Shown: positions 52,809 through 64,000 of the stretch, in pieces
How positions within the stretch are numbered: position 1 is the first letter of the stretch
Layout of the letters: each line of letters begins with the position of its first letter
Assembly (NCBI GenBank): GCA_003614675.1
Contig: ML002225.1
Coordinates: forward strand, 1-64,000
Length of the DNA: 64,000 nucleotides
Source of the DNA: Dimargaris cristalligena
Lineage: Eukaryota
Direction: 5' to 3'
Notes under the pieces: generated by a model
Seen by the model: only the letters and a program-made list of their open reading frames with translations
Databases searched by the model: none
Told to the model about the DNA's origin: nothing
Translations under genes and position numbers: made by a program

Positions 52809-54481
52809 ATGACCCATTTCCTCGAGTCCATCGCGGAGTACGCGGACCTCTGGTCGGACGGCCTCCGCCCCGTGCTGGCCGGGCTCAACCTCGAGAAACT
52901 GACATACCACTGGCCGGTGGTACTGGCTAGCACTTTGGCATGCTCTCTGATTTTCACCCTGTCGGGCATCCTCTCCCCCATGCTGTTCCCCGCCAGCTTC
53001 CGTAACATGAAGGCCTTCCAGCGTATCAATTGGAATATCCATGTCGTCTCCATGGTTCACTGCTGCCTGGCCCTCTACTGGAGCTTCCCGCTTATCAACC
53101 ACCCCAAGCTGGCCGATGACTATATTAACAGCTACTGGCCTTATTTCAGCAACATTGCCGCGGTTTCGTGCGGGTAAGTTCTACGGAGCGCCTCCCCTCC
53201 AAGACCAGCTAATATTTCGTTGGGGGAAGTGTAGGAGGCATGGTCCGTGTCAGCAGAGAGTTCCCCTGTTTGGCCTATCGAGTTGACGGCCCCCACACAC
53301 CCTACTGATCCCGAACATCTCTGTTAACACTGTGGTACAACCCGACCTGTTCAACCCAACCACCCGGTTGCATATTTATAAAACAATATATCGGGTGTTG
53401 AAATAACGCCGGTATCTTGCAAGACAATATGCATTCCCCGTATTATAACCCCTAAACAAAACTAACTCAAGCCCGGGCATTCTATGCCGCCATGTAATCC
53501 ATACAGATACTTCCTCTGGGACTTTGTTGTCTCCATGCGCTACATTAAACAAACCGGGATTGGGTTTGCCGTGCACGGCCTAGGTTCCTTCGCCGTTTTC
53601 CTCCTCAGCTTTGTAAGTCAGGCCAAGTCAATGCCGGTTATTTTATGTGTCCATTTCCTCTGAAAATGTCACGATTTCACCCTTGTTGGATACGAACGGC
53701 TCAGTAAAAATGTTAAGGGCAAATCTACGATTATTGGTTTATTGGGCTAATTAATATATAATGTTGCATATATCTAAAAATCCCCGCTCCCTTCCTACAT
53801 TCTGACTATGATTCGGATATTATGCCAAACCCCTGACAGAGGCCCTTCATCAATGCCTATGGCCCTGTGTTCCTGATGCTCGAGCTTAGCACCCCGTTCC
53901 TGAATCTCCACTGGTTTATGGATAAGCTGGGAATGACGGGCAGTTTGCCCCAACTCGTTAACGGTGTTATTCTGCTAGCTACCTTTTTCGGCTCCCGGCT
54001 GGTTTTCGGAATCTACTGGGCCATCCATCTCTATAGTAAGTCACCCGATTCACTTCCTTCTACATAGGCATTGGAATCGTACCAAATTGAGGCGCCGTCT
54101 TTCTGATTAGTGCAACTGAATGCCAACTATTGGTACTACTCATACAACCACTGGACATGAGCCTGGCCGACAACACCCTGCCAAGCCCCCCAAGTGACAC
54201 CCAGTGACTATTAGCCGCCCCATCTCTCTTCTTCGCAACGTTCACTTAACATTACTGACTGACTAACCCAATATCTAACTCACATCCTCTTCTGTCCCAA
54301 TATCCGATCGCTAGCCAATTTTTACCACAACTGGGACACGGTACCCCACTATCTGGCCATCAGTGTCGTCGTGTCCAACATGGCTCTCAATATTCTCAAC
54401 TTCTTCTGGTTCAGTAAAATGGTTTCCGCCATCCGTGGCCGTTTCGACCAACCCGTCGAAAAGGACATCAAAATGGACTAA
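52809..54481 (+). CDS. TLC-domain membrane protein (TLCD4/TMEM56/Tda4-like), paralog 1
   Basis: Exons 52809-53173, 53507-53612, 53840-54035, 54315-54481. Motifs WNIHVVSMVH, SCGYFLWD, ELSTPFLNLHWFMDK, LNFFWFSKM. Confidence 0.92.
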
Positions 54482-56403
54482 CTCCCATTTGGTTTTGGAT
54501 CCATCTGATCCAGGGGTTAGTTTTTACTTAAATTTATATACATATACGTATATTTGTCTTTAGTTATCTGATGCACGTCCATCGCCCAAGGGCGGTATTT
54601 TTTTTTCTCTTTCTTTTAGGACACTCTGGCTCACCCGATCGTATAATATTTGCTGAATGAATAGAATAGACGTGCAGAGCCCCCTGGCCTTGGCTAGTGG
54701 CCTGCACCATGTAGTGCTTATTAGTAATAAACTTGTGTGCCATTTGATGGGACCCCCCGAGTCGCTTGGACACTCCTATGGGGGAATTGCGACCCATAAG
54801 CCATTCCAAACCCACTGCTTCCCTTTAAGATGGCTTTGGGGACAGTTTCTAGTTAACTGGCTAAATGGATATTTTGGTCATACAGTCATCTGTGCTGAGT
54901 GGTACAGTCGGAGAGTTTCCCCTATCTGGTAACAGTGACGTGGTTTAATTTAGGTAGGTTTACAGCACTTACATCATGATGGCTGAAAAAAGGATTAGAA
55001 TGATCTATATGAGTGGGGGAGGGGATGTATGTGGTAATGCGGCGGTAGTCAGGCCCGCGAGGATGAGGATCCCAGCGGAAAGTTCATAATGATGGCGATA
55101 CTCCCTCACTCAATCATATTAAAATACTCGGCTTCGGCTCGGTGGAGCCGGTTAGACCAATCAAGTATTATATGAATGGGAGTGATTTGACAGTTATATA
55201 CATATATATTATTATTGGTATATTCCTGGACAGCCGGAGGGTTTTATTGATACTACACTTTACCAGCCAGTTCATAACATGAACGGCCGGTGCCCCAGCC
55301 AATGAATTACCCTGTGACTTTGTAGATAGGATACAGTAGTAAGCAGTAGTGGCTGGCAGGAAAAGAGTTCAGCCACGCTATTCGCCTGACCTGACCTGTT
55401 GTTACCCGACATGCCTCTAAGGACCAATCAGGGACCGGGCTGGTCTGTTGGCCAGGTGGCGTGTTTTACATTGGCCTGGGGGGGAGGACTCTGCGGCGCG
55501 CCGGTGGTGTTTTATTCAGTCAGGCTTAGCAAGTGTTACAAGAGCATGAGGAAAATAATAGAAAGATAGAGAGCATATAGCTCATTTACTCTTGTTTTTA
55601 GTTTCTCTTCCTTCTCCCCTGAGTTATCAGATGGTCAGACGGCTACCGTATAAATACTCCTGTATATCCTGCTGCTAAAGGGACATTGTTATTTGATTCT
55701 CTTTCTACCTGCCCTTTTTATATTCACCAGTTCAATTGTGTTATCTTTTTTGGTAATCCTGCAGAGGTGTACACCAGTTGGTACTGTGTAATACATACCC
55801 TACATGCCTTAGTTCATTTAGTGGCTATTGTTATTTCTACCTTCGAACTGTATTAATTTAACGACCACCTGTCTAAAAATCACCCTGCCCCCCCCACTCC
55901 AGTCCAGTGGTAGTCGCGCTCCTCTTTCACACAATAGTTAGGATTGTCGACAGCCCATGAACTGTACTTAATCTATATAACCCACACACCCCCTTACCCT
56001 TATTACCCTTACCTCTTTTCCCCGCACCATAATCGCGGCCACTGCTTATTAAACAGCCCTCGTGCTGGTAACCCTGACCTAGTTGGTTCCGCGCATATAT
56101 ATATAATACACACACGCGTACACTTATATACAACGTCACCCTTTCCCCCTCTCTTTCCTTGGTGTAGAGCCCGTTCATAAACGACGTAAAGGAACCCGCT
56201 GTACAACCTACCTGGGCCCTTCTTTTATATAGTCCAATACCCCTTTTATTATATTTTTATACTGGTCTAAAGCCTTCATTGACCAGGTCGATTTGTAGTC
56301 CATTTCACCTTTAAATTCCTCCAAACCCCCCTTCGGCCCTATTGTTTGGCTAACCACAGCCCTTCCCCCCCTTTACCGTTGAACATACGGATTCCCACCC
56401 ACC

Positions 56404-57853
56404 ATGTCGCTCGTTTTGGGGCAAGCCGACCACTTTGTGAGCCGCATTTCGGAGGGCATTCGCCCAGCCCTGGCCTCCCTGAACATGGAAACTTTTGCCA
56501 ACCACTGGCACATTGCCTTTGCCTCCATGCTGGCCTGTTTCCTCATTACCGCCGTATCCGAGCGGGTCTCGCCCCAACTGTTCCCCAAGGCCTTTCAGAG
56601 TATGAAGGGATTCCAGAAGACCAACTGGCACATTCATGTGGTGTCGTTGGTGCATAGCATCGTTTCGTTGGTCCTGTCCTACCCGCTCATTAACCACCCG
56701 GAGCTAACCAAGGACCCCATTGGGGTTTACTGGCCCCATTTCGGTAATGTGACGGCGATTTCCACTGGGTAAGTGACAATTCTTTTTTTTTCTTCTTCGT
56801 ATAACATCGTTTTATATCTGCGCACCGCTTATTCCAGTCGGGTGGTACTGTATTGGTAACTGCAGTATGGACTGCGGTGGTTCTTCCTCACCTATATCCC
56901 CCCAACCGTTCGCTTCAGCTTCAGCTAGGCTCTGGAGTGGGGGACCTATGGGGGTAGTAGCAGTAACAGTAGTGGTAGCAATAACCTAAGATTTCCTTAT
57001 CTCGTGAGGGTGGCCCCTTTTACCCTAGCTAACACCTGATATTACCCTTTCACCACCCTGTATTTTGGAATCGTGGTTTCCCTTATTTAGCTATTTCCTG
57101 TGGGACATCTACGTGTGCCTGCGTTACATTCGTCAAACGGGCATCGGGTTCTTTCTCCACGGGTTTATCGCCTGCTTCGTCTCCCTCATTAGCTTCCGCC
57201 CCTTTATCAACATGTACGGGCCCATGTTTATCATGGTTGAGCTGAGCACCCCGTTCCTCAATATCCACTGGTTCATGGATAAGCTCAAGATGACCGGCAG
57301 CATGGCCCAACTGATTAACGGCGTGTTCCTACTCGGGACCTACTTTTTGGCCCGCTTGCTGTACGCCCCCTACCTGGCCTACTGTGTGTTCTGTAAGTTA
57401 CTACTCCATCCCCCCCCTTCTACCATCCCACTTCACCGCACATTACTACCACCATGGGTGGATTACGCTTCCTATTTATCCCAAACGGATTTTAGAAGCC
57501 ATGGTCATTATGGCCTTTTCTCGACGTTAAACCATCATTGTCTGCTCTATGTACCAACCCACTGTTGAATGATACATGGCCGATGGAGATAGGTCGATCC
57601 AATCGGGTAGTTTACTGACTCCCACTGTGTGTATACGTATATCTCTATATCCCATGCACTCCGTACTTCTGGCATATTTCTCCCCCTCACAGCTACCTTT
57701 TATCAATACTGGGGCGAATTCCCCGCCTACCTGGGCTACATTTACGTGGTCCAGATCATGACTCTGGTCATCCTCAACTTCGTCTGGTTCAACAAGATGG
57801 TCAAGACGCTTCGCAGCCGATTCGAGTCCCCGACCCCGAAGAAAATGATTTAA
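56404..57853 (+). CDS. TLC-domain membrane protein (TLCD4/TMEM56/Tda4-like), paralog 2
   Basis: Exons 56404-56768, 57091-57392, 57693-57853. Motifs WHIHVVSLVH, STGYFLWD, ELSTPFLNIHWFMDK, LNFVWFNKM. C-terminal KKMI fits a KKxx signal. Confidence 0.92.
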
Positions 57854-58219
57854 TTGCATTTTTACCTGAAAGCGTGAGTATAGGCCTCTTCTATGCACAT
57901 ATACTATGCACGCTCGACTCCCCTGGCTATACCACCCGTCCGTTTTATGAAGACGAATAGTAATAGTTCCTCCCTCCTCCCCGCCCTCCCTCATTTCTAT
58001 TAGAGGGGGTTTCTAAATATACGAATCCTTGCTTGCGTCTCTGGACACATTTCTTCTATTTATCACCCTAGCGTATTTCTTGTAGTTTGATCGAATGTCT
58101 TTTATTACATATATTCATAATTAATCTCTATAAATCAGTTTTCCATGTATGGCTAATTGTCGATGGGGGGGATTCACTCTATACATCTCGATTTGCGGCC
58201 AACTGATGGGGTGTGCTTT

Positions 58220-58363
58220 ATATGGGTGAAATTCGGCCCAGCTGTATAAGGTTTTACATGGTAAGTGTATGGGATAATATATGGAAGATTTATTTTTAAC
58301 CAGTAGTATTTGCTTCATCTAACGGATTTTTCGTTATACAGCTCGGTTGAACCTTTCCCATAT
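58220..58363. mobile_element. 144-bp MITE, copy 3 (inverted)
   Basis: Reverse complement aligns with 113-256 and 42504-42647. Confidence 0.85.
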
Positions 58364-59120
58364 CTTTTAAAAACAGATGCGTGCCAAGGCCTCTTAGGCA
58401 ATCAAATGGATAGTTTGATAAAATAAATACAATTGTGAATTAAGTTACGGTTAGGTTAGTTATCAATCTAAACTGGTACATCCGGTCAATCATATAGGTT
58501 TCTCGTTACATCACCTGATTGAAGCTCTGCCAGATCTACCGAGAGAATGGGCGATTAATAGGATTACAGGTGCTGATGGCAATGTCAACTTTCTGTCTCT
58601 ATACAGTGAGATACACCATCTCTGACTGAAGATGTGTAGATATGTCTAGATAAATGAAACGGTATCAAAGTCTAAAGAGATGAAGTGGGGAACATGTACG
58701 CAATTTGTCTATCGAGTGATTGTTAAGGAAATGATGGAAGCTGACATTGCATCTAAAACTATTTTGGGTCTGATAAAATACCTAGCTCGTAAGAAGCAAG
58801 ATACAGTTATAGGCGGAAACTACACATACATTTGGGTGCTGAGTTGATTCCAATGGGCCGAGTGGTCAACGTACAACGAACCCAATCCTCACATTTGCCA
58901 ATATCGGCAACCTCGGCTCAGCGTTCTCTTCATAGGCCCAGGTGCTCGCTTTCCCGAGTTTCCTATAAATACCAACCCCAAGTAGCCCTCCAGAGTTAGT
59001 TCAGCAGCTCTCTCATCTTCTATTCACCTCTACCACTACCACACTACCACTACTTCCGCTTTTAACCCCCCAGCGTTCTCTCTCCCCTCCCCGCTCTACC
59101 GCCTACTCCCACCTAACACC

Positions 59121-59648
59121 ATGCAGTTCAAGCTCTCCACCGTTGCTCTCCTGGCCCTCGCCCTCGCCATGACCGTATCCGTGGTCCGCGCCCAGGACGA
59201 CTTCACCTCCGACGATAGCAATGCCCCCGCCTCCGAAGCCGACTATGAACCCACCGCGGACAGCGACGAGAGTGGTTTCGTGGATCGCCGGGCCTGGTAC
59301 GGCCCCGCCGACTACCCCAACTACGAAGGAGGCTACTTGGTGCGCCGCGATCTGGGCAGCGGCTACGGTGGTCTGAGCGGTCTAGGTGGTATCGGTGGTA
59401 TCAGCAGCGGCGGCTACGGTGGTGGCTACGGCGGTGCTGGTGGCCACGGTGGCAGCGTGTGCAGCTCCTGTGGCCAGAAATCGGATGGTGGTCACGACAG
59501 TCTGCTCAACAACTTCGGCTACATCCCCAGTATTCGGGCCACTAACACCCGTACCAACGCCAAGGTGCTCAAGGACCAGAAACTCGCCTTCGCCAAGCTC
59601 AACAAGAAGAAGATCAAGGCCAACAGCAAGCTTGCCGTCAAGGCCTAA
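59121..59648 (+). CDS. Secreted Gly-rich protein with basic C-terminus, 175 aa, function unknown
   Basis: Signal peptide MQFKLSTVALLALALAMTVSVVRA, strong GC3 codon bias, TATAAATA at ~58964 and a pyrimidine-rich leader. Confidence 0.85.
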   Translation: MQFKLSTVALLALALAMTVSVVRAQDDFTSDDSNAPASEADYEPTADSDESGFVDRRAWYGPADYPNYEGGYLVRRDLGSGYGGLSGLGGIGGISSGGYGGGYGGAGGHGGSVCSSCGQKSDGGHDSLLNNFGYIPSIRATNTRTNAKVLKDQKLAFAKLNKKKIKANSKLAVKA

Positions 59649-61022
59649 TCGTCGAATGATAATCCGCCCCTCGCTGCCCCTGGCCCTGGGCCCCGCCCCT
59701 GTTCCTGCTCTCCGCCAGCCAACAACGGGTGGTAGGAAATTTCGACGCATAGCCCCCCCCCCAACGCTTTACAATTGGATCTATTCGCTACTATTATTTA
59801 TCCGGCTACTACTCCCATAACTTTGCTTCCTCCACCCCTGTGGCTTTGCCCCCTCAAAAAAAAATGCCGGTTGGTATTTGCCTATTTATTCTGCTTCAAT
59901 TAGTCCAGCAGGGCTAATCGGGGTTGGTCCTCTTTCTGGTTATGATGGTTGCTACCTTCGCTTCTCAATAGCAATAAAACAAGCTGTCTCAATAATAACC
60001 TCCATAGTCCCATATCCCGGCCAGTATTGTGCGACGCAGCTTAGGATGCACATAGCTAAACCCTAAGATAGGGTGCATGTCTTTTTTACGAAGGCGCTTC
60101 AGGTAATCGATTGTCCGGTCTAGTCGTTTCAAGAGTAGTTTTGCTGGGAGAATAGCTAGCCATGGCGCTATGCTTGAGCTGAAGGGGACCAGCAATTACT
60201 ATGAATAGCGAGTGATTGTTTTCTTAGTATCAGTGAAGTATTGAGATAGAGTATGGTTATTTGGTTGTTCAGTCCCTTCTGGCGGCAACAATAGCGGCTA
60301 ACACTCAATAATAGTATGCCGTTCCACCGAAAGCTAATCGAGAGCGAGTGGGCCAGCTTGGTACTGGTCCGCAAGTGTACTGACGGGACTTAGTCATTAA
60401 AATCACTCATATTCAGCCGTCGGGAAGGGGAGAGATTGCGGTAACATTAGAAAATAGTGGGCGATGGTCCCTATTGAATATTTACGCATCGTCATTTCAA
60501 ATCGAAAGTTGTACATAATGCAGTAAGCTTGCAGTCTGAATAGTTTGGAACCCATGTCAATCGGGAAGTAAAAAATCCACTCTAGTCACAATGGTAGTCA
60601 AAGCGTGCCTACGTGTAGTGTTCGATCGTGGTGCAGCCTACTAGTCACCTAATGCCCAATGTTGCCAGCTTCATCGATTCACTAATATACATCGCAGCGA
60701 GCCCCAACCACGACTTCAATCTTAGCTATTCACAATTAGACGTTACTAACAAAATCTTTTTTACTTTGGATAATAAAGCGGGCCATTTCCAAACCCTTTT
60801 CTCTCACTCAAATACACCTGTTACAGTAGTCATAAGAAAATATTGCCATAAAGACAACGTTTTATTCGGGTCCCAATCGCTGGTGGTGAAGGGGGAATAT
60901 AAAGAGACAGGGTTGTATGGGATAGGGGGAGGGATTGCAATAAGAAGGCTTATGTTAGAAGAGAGAAACAACATGGTTTACGAGATAAGATCAAGTATAT
61001 ACCGGATTAAAGGTATATATTT

Positions 61023-61592
61023 TTACTCTTCTTCAACCACGGTGGTCTTCTCCGACACGTAGATACCGTCCAAAAATTTACGGATATCCTTCTTGCGGGC
61101 AATGGTGGACTGCTGGATGCTGGCGGCGGACTGGGAGACGTTGGCGACATCGTTACCGTACAGGATGATCTCGTCCTTCTGGGCGGTGGAGACCTCGCAC
61201 TTGACACCCTCGAGCATGGGCACGCGACGCACGACCTTCTCACCCAAGAAGTTGCGGATTTCAATGTGGTCACCGCTGTCGGAGATGTTCACGTTGATGG
61301 GGAAATGCGCGTAGACGAAACGCATCTTGTACTTGTAGCCCTTGGTCACACCGGTGATCATGTTCTGAATCAGCGAGCACACGGTACGGATGCAGGCAAC
61401 GTGCTTGCGGTTACCACCCCAGACGACCACACGGATCTGCTTCTTGCTGACGCGCTGCAGCTCCATGTTGATGTGACGGAGGTTCTTGTTCAGAGTGCCC
61501 CGGGGACCCTCCACCTTGATGTCGCGAGCCTTGATCGACACGGTGACACCCTCGGGGATGTTGATAACGTCGTCCTTGTAGATGTCCTTCAT
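61023..61592 (-). CDS. RPL9: 60S ribosomal protein L9 (uL6)
   Basis: 189 aa with [42 protein letters not shown]. Confidence 0.98.
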   Translation of the reverse strand: MKDIYKDDVINIPEGVTVSIKARDIKVEGPRGTLNKNLRHINMELQRVSKKQIRVVVWGGNRKHVACIRTVCSLIQNMITGVTKGYKYKMRFVYAHFPINVNISDSGDHIEIRNFLGEKVVRRVPMLEGVKCEVSTAQKDEIILYGNDVANVSQSAASIQQSTIARKKDIRKFLDGIYVSEKTTVVEEE

Positions 61593-61604
61593 TTTGCTTT
61601 AAAT

Positions 61605-62288
61605 CTGCGGGTTGGGAATAAATTATACGACGAAGGAACGGTCGGTTGGATTGGGTAGGTGGGAATAGAGGGGTATAACCAATAGTAATATTATATTTTA
61701 GAGTTAGTGGAAGAGCGTGATTCAATAACCCATGCTAGGCATTTGGAATAAGGAAGGGGTGAAGGCAACATATGGTGTGCTGCCAAAGAAGAGGGACGCA
61801 AGCGAAGTGTCCCGAAGGCCCCATTCAGACTTGCGAATCTTCCAAACTTCATTGAGAAGAGTGTCGCCTTCCCGCTCTCGTACGCAGTCTACTCGGTATA
61901 CCAACAGTCGACAGTCCCACAGCCGATACCATCCGCTCATTCGACTATCCATCCATCCATCCGTTTGTGCATAACCTTGGCGGGTCCAGGTAGATTGTCC
62001 GGGTTTAAGCAACGTGTATACGCCCCAGGCGTGAGATGGTCGAGACCGACGTGCGGGGTCGAGTGACATTAGGTGTGCCTTAGGACGGTAGGCCCGCTTC
62101 GACGGTTGGTGGGAAGTGTCGTTGACCTGTACCACATCCGCGGCGTGTGACGACTTGATAGGATGGATGGATGCACGGCTGGTTGGATAGGTAGATAGGA
62201 TCGTGTGGGCTGGTCGAACTGTGGGCTGCGTACGAGTCGACGGCCGTGGACGGGGGATTCGATAGAAGAATGCAGTGACGACACTTAC
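61605..62288 (-). other. 684-nt structured 5'-UTR intron of RPL9
   Basis: Donor TG|GTAAGT at 62288. Acceptor CCGCAG| at 61605, 12 nt before the ATG. CTAAC at 61703-61707. Extensive internal inverted repeats. Confidence 0.8.
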
Positions 62289-62913
62289 CACCGAGGTGGA
62301 AATCCGTCGACTGATGAATTTAGTACAGGATTAGGGAAGAGAAAGATTTCGGCAGCCACGGCCCATAATGCTTTTTAACTCCTATTCTTTCTTTCCCTCT
62401 TCTGGTAGTCACCCTACTTTTTGCCCTGGCGGGGGACTTCGCTGGGTCGACTAGTAGGGGGGGGGGTGGCATCTGCTAACACACACCTGGGCTGATGATG
62501 ACTTAGGTGGAGTAGGCTGCCGAGTGGTTTGCTATATTGAGTCACGTGCCAAATAGTCTGGGCAGTGTATAACCCCCAAGCTCAGAAGTTAGACCAGTTT
62601 CACCATTTGGGGGGGAAATTCCACGAACGATGGTTGATAATAATAGTCTTCCGCTCACTCTTATGGTGTTCCTTGGAGTCAAAACTGGGAGTTTGTTGGT
62701 GGGACTTGGAGTTGAGCGAGAGATTCCCCCCCCCACTGACGTTGAAACGCTTGGTGGCCCAAAGCAAGGCAGAGGTGCTCCTCCATTATTAGAGAGTGGT
62801 TCTTACCATTTCATTCTACATCCGGATTCCTCTCTTTAAACCCTCCCCCCTCATTCTTATAACCTTTTCGCCATCTCTTGCCTCTTCGATCCCTTCGATT
62901 CCGTCTCTGAACC
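62289..62913. promoter_or_regulatory. RPL9 non-coding exon 1 and divergent promoter shared with the NDUFB11-like gene
   Basis: Head-to-head genes about 0.6 kb apart. Pyrimidine tract CTTTCTCTTCCCT (minus strand, 62345-62333) is the likely RPL9 start. TGAGTCACGTG at ~62538-62548. Confidence 0.55.
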
Positions 62914-63549
62914 ATGAGTTTCGCCAACCTCCGCGGTCTGGGCACTTCTCCGCTCCACCGCCTCTCCGCCCGTAGCGCCCTTCTGCGTCGGGCCGGCATT
63001 GCCCAAGAATATAACCGCCCCAGCGGTTGGCTGTTCGGTGAAAAGGTACGCCTATCCTACACAGCTCTATGCATCTTGCCAGTACCTATGATTCCGGAGC
63101 CCATTCGCTTGGATTTACTCCCCAGCTCCAGTTGTAGTGCTTTACTATTATTTTTTGGCTAGGGGTTGAAGCGATTTCGCCCCAGCCCTCATGGTATCCG
63201 CTGAGCCTGCTCCCGCCCTGACCGTCGCTTACCCCACTGTAAATCGCTACCTAGTTCAGTACTGTCTTTGCATACACTCTCTAACCTCAACATATATCTA
63301 ATATACCTAATCTATTGATTGTTTTAATAAAAATCTAACTAGCCGCTTAAGCCCGGCCAGAAGCGCGTCTGGGAGGCCTGGGAATACCCCTGGTACTACA
63401 TGTACTATGGCGGTATGGCCCTGGCCGGTATCGCCCTCTACTACAAGCCCGATACTAGCGTACAGGCCTGGGCCACCGTCGAGGCCAAGCGTCGTCTGAA
63501 GGAACGCGGTGAATACTTTGACTGGACCTCCACTGAACTTAAATGGTAA
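62914..63549 (+). CDS. NDUFB11: NADH:ubiquinone oxidoreductase ESSS subunit (complex I accessory)
   Basis: Exons 62914-63045 and 63343-63549. Arg-rich presequence, YNRPSGWLFGEKP...WEAWEYPWY, one TM helix, YKPDTSVQAWATVEAKRRL. Confidence 0.9.
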
Positions 63550-64000
63550 ATTCGACAACCGTCATACGTACTTTGGAGTTGGCCGACATTACAGCACCAC
63601 GAACCAGGTGGTTTTCGGAGGCGGCGCACTCTCTGGTCGCCCTTTCTCCCCCTTTCATCGGCTTTACGCTTGGTTCTTTAGATCTTCACCCCGATTCGGG
63701 CAAACCTCTTGTATCTTTCTATTCACCCTAAACATCGCTACTTATATAAAGAACTGGGCTTAGGCCCAATTTCTATACGCACGACTGATTTCTCGAAAGA
63801 TCCTTAGTGGTATATCCCAATTAAAAGATATATCGGTTCGCTAAGTATAGTCTAAAAGAAATGGTACATCCTTCACCTAGCTAGTCTGTCCCATTTGGGG
63901 AGGCAGGCTAATTTCATATTTAAAGAATCTATTGTGGGTACATTTAAATATCCCACTTCCGGATGATCGCTGAGTTATTGCTTGCAGAACCCCTTCAAAT

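Noticed and set aside
58400-58810. Cluster of GATA-like words upstream of the secreted protein
   Set aside because: AT-rich context and short motifs; enrichment cannot be shown without a background model.
61812-62260. RNase MRP/P, TPP riboswitch or H/ACA snoRNA interpretations of the RPL9 intron
   Set aside because: Partial words exist (GAAUCCCCC, AAUGGGGCC, ACA), but the P4 pairing, TPP core and ANANNA H box could not be completed by eye.
61722-62291. 189-codon minus-strand ORF spanning the RPL9 intron
   Set aside because: Starts at GTG across the splice donor and has no protein-like features. At most it is relevant as a uORF in intron-retained RNA.
62311-62345. CTGATGA...GAAA hammerhead-like core
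   Set aside because: No stems I-III around the core.
1-64000. CRISPR arrays, rRNA, canonical tRNA, telomeric arrays
   Set aside because: None seen. The DNA is eukaryotic, with no repeat-spacer periodicity or complete cloverleaf.

Overview
Eukaryotic, intron-rich fungal DNA. Gene style and the RPL9 N-terminus suggest an early-diverging, non-Dikarya lineage; this is inference only. Left end (about 0.7-9 kb): a CpG-erased repeat block dominated by a dead 6.5-kb Helitron joined head-to-tail to its own 757-bp internal-deletion derivative. The duplicated parts differ mostly by RIP-like CpA/TpG-to-TpA changes. Next come an STN1/RPA2-like OB-fold gene, an EVE-domain (THYN1-like) gene, and a poly-Q C2H2 transcription factor sitting alone in about 31 kb of apparently non-coding DNA. 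The right third holds a SAM-methyltransferase with two in-frame TAGs, a BOD1/Shg1-like + Sgf29-Tudor-like fusion gene, two tandem TLC-domain paralogs, a secreted Gly-rich/cationic precursor, RPL9 and an NDUFB11-like gene. Three copies of a 144-bp MITE are scattered through the window. The best candidate for a new system is the 684-nt RPL9 5'-UTR intron. It contains a near-perfect antisense copy of its own 5' splice site nested inside a competing long stem, which looks like an RNA conformational switch for splicing autoregulation. Exon models, alignments and counts were done by hand; no searches or folding programs were run.
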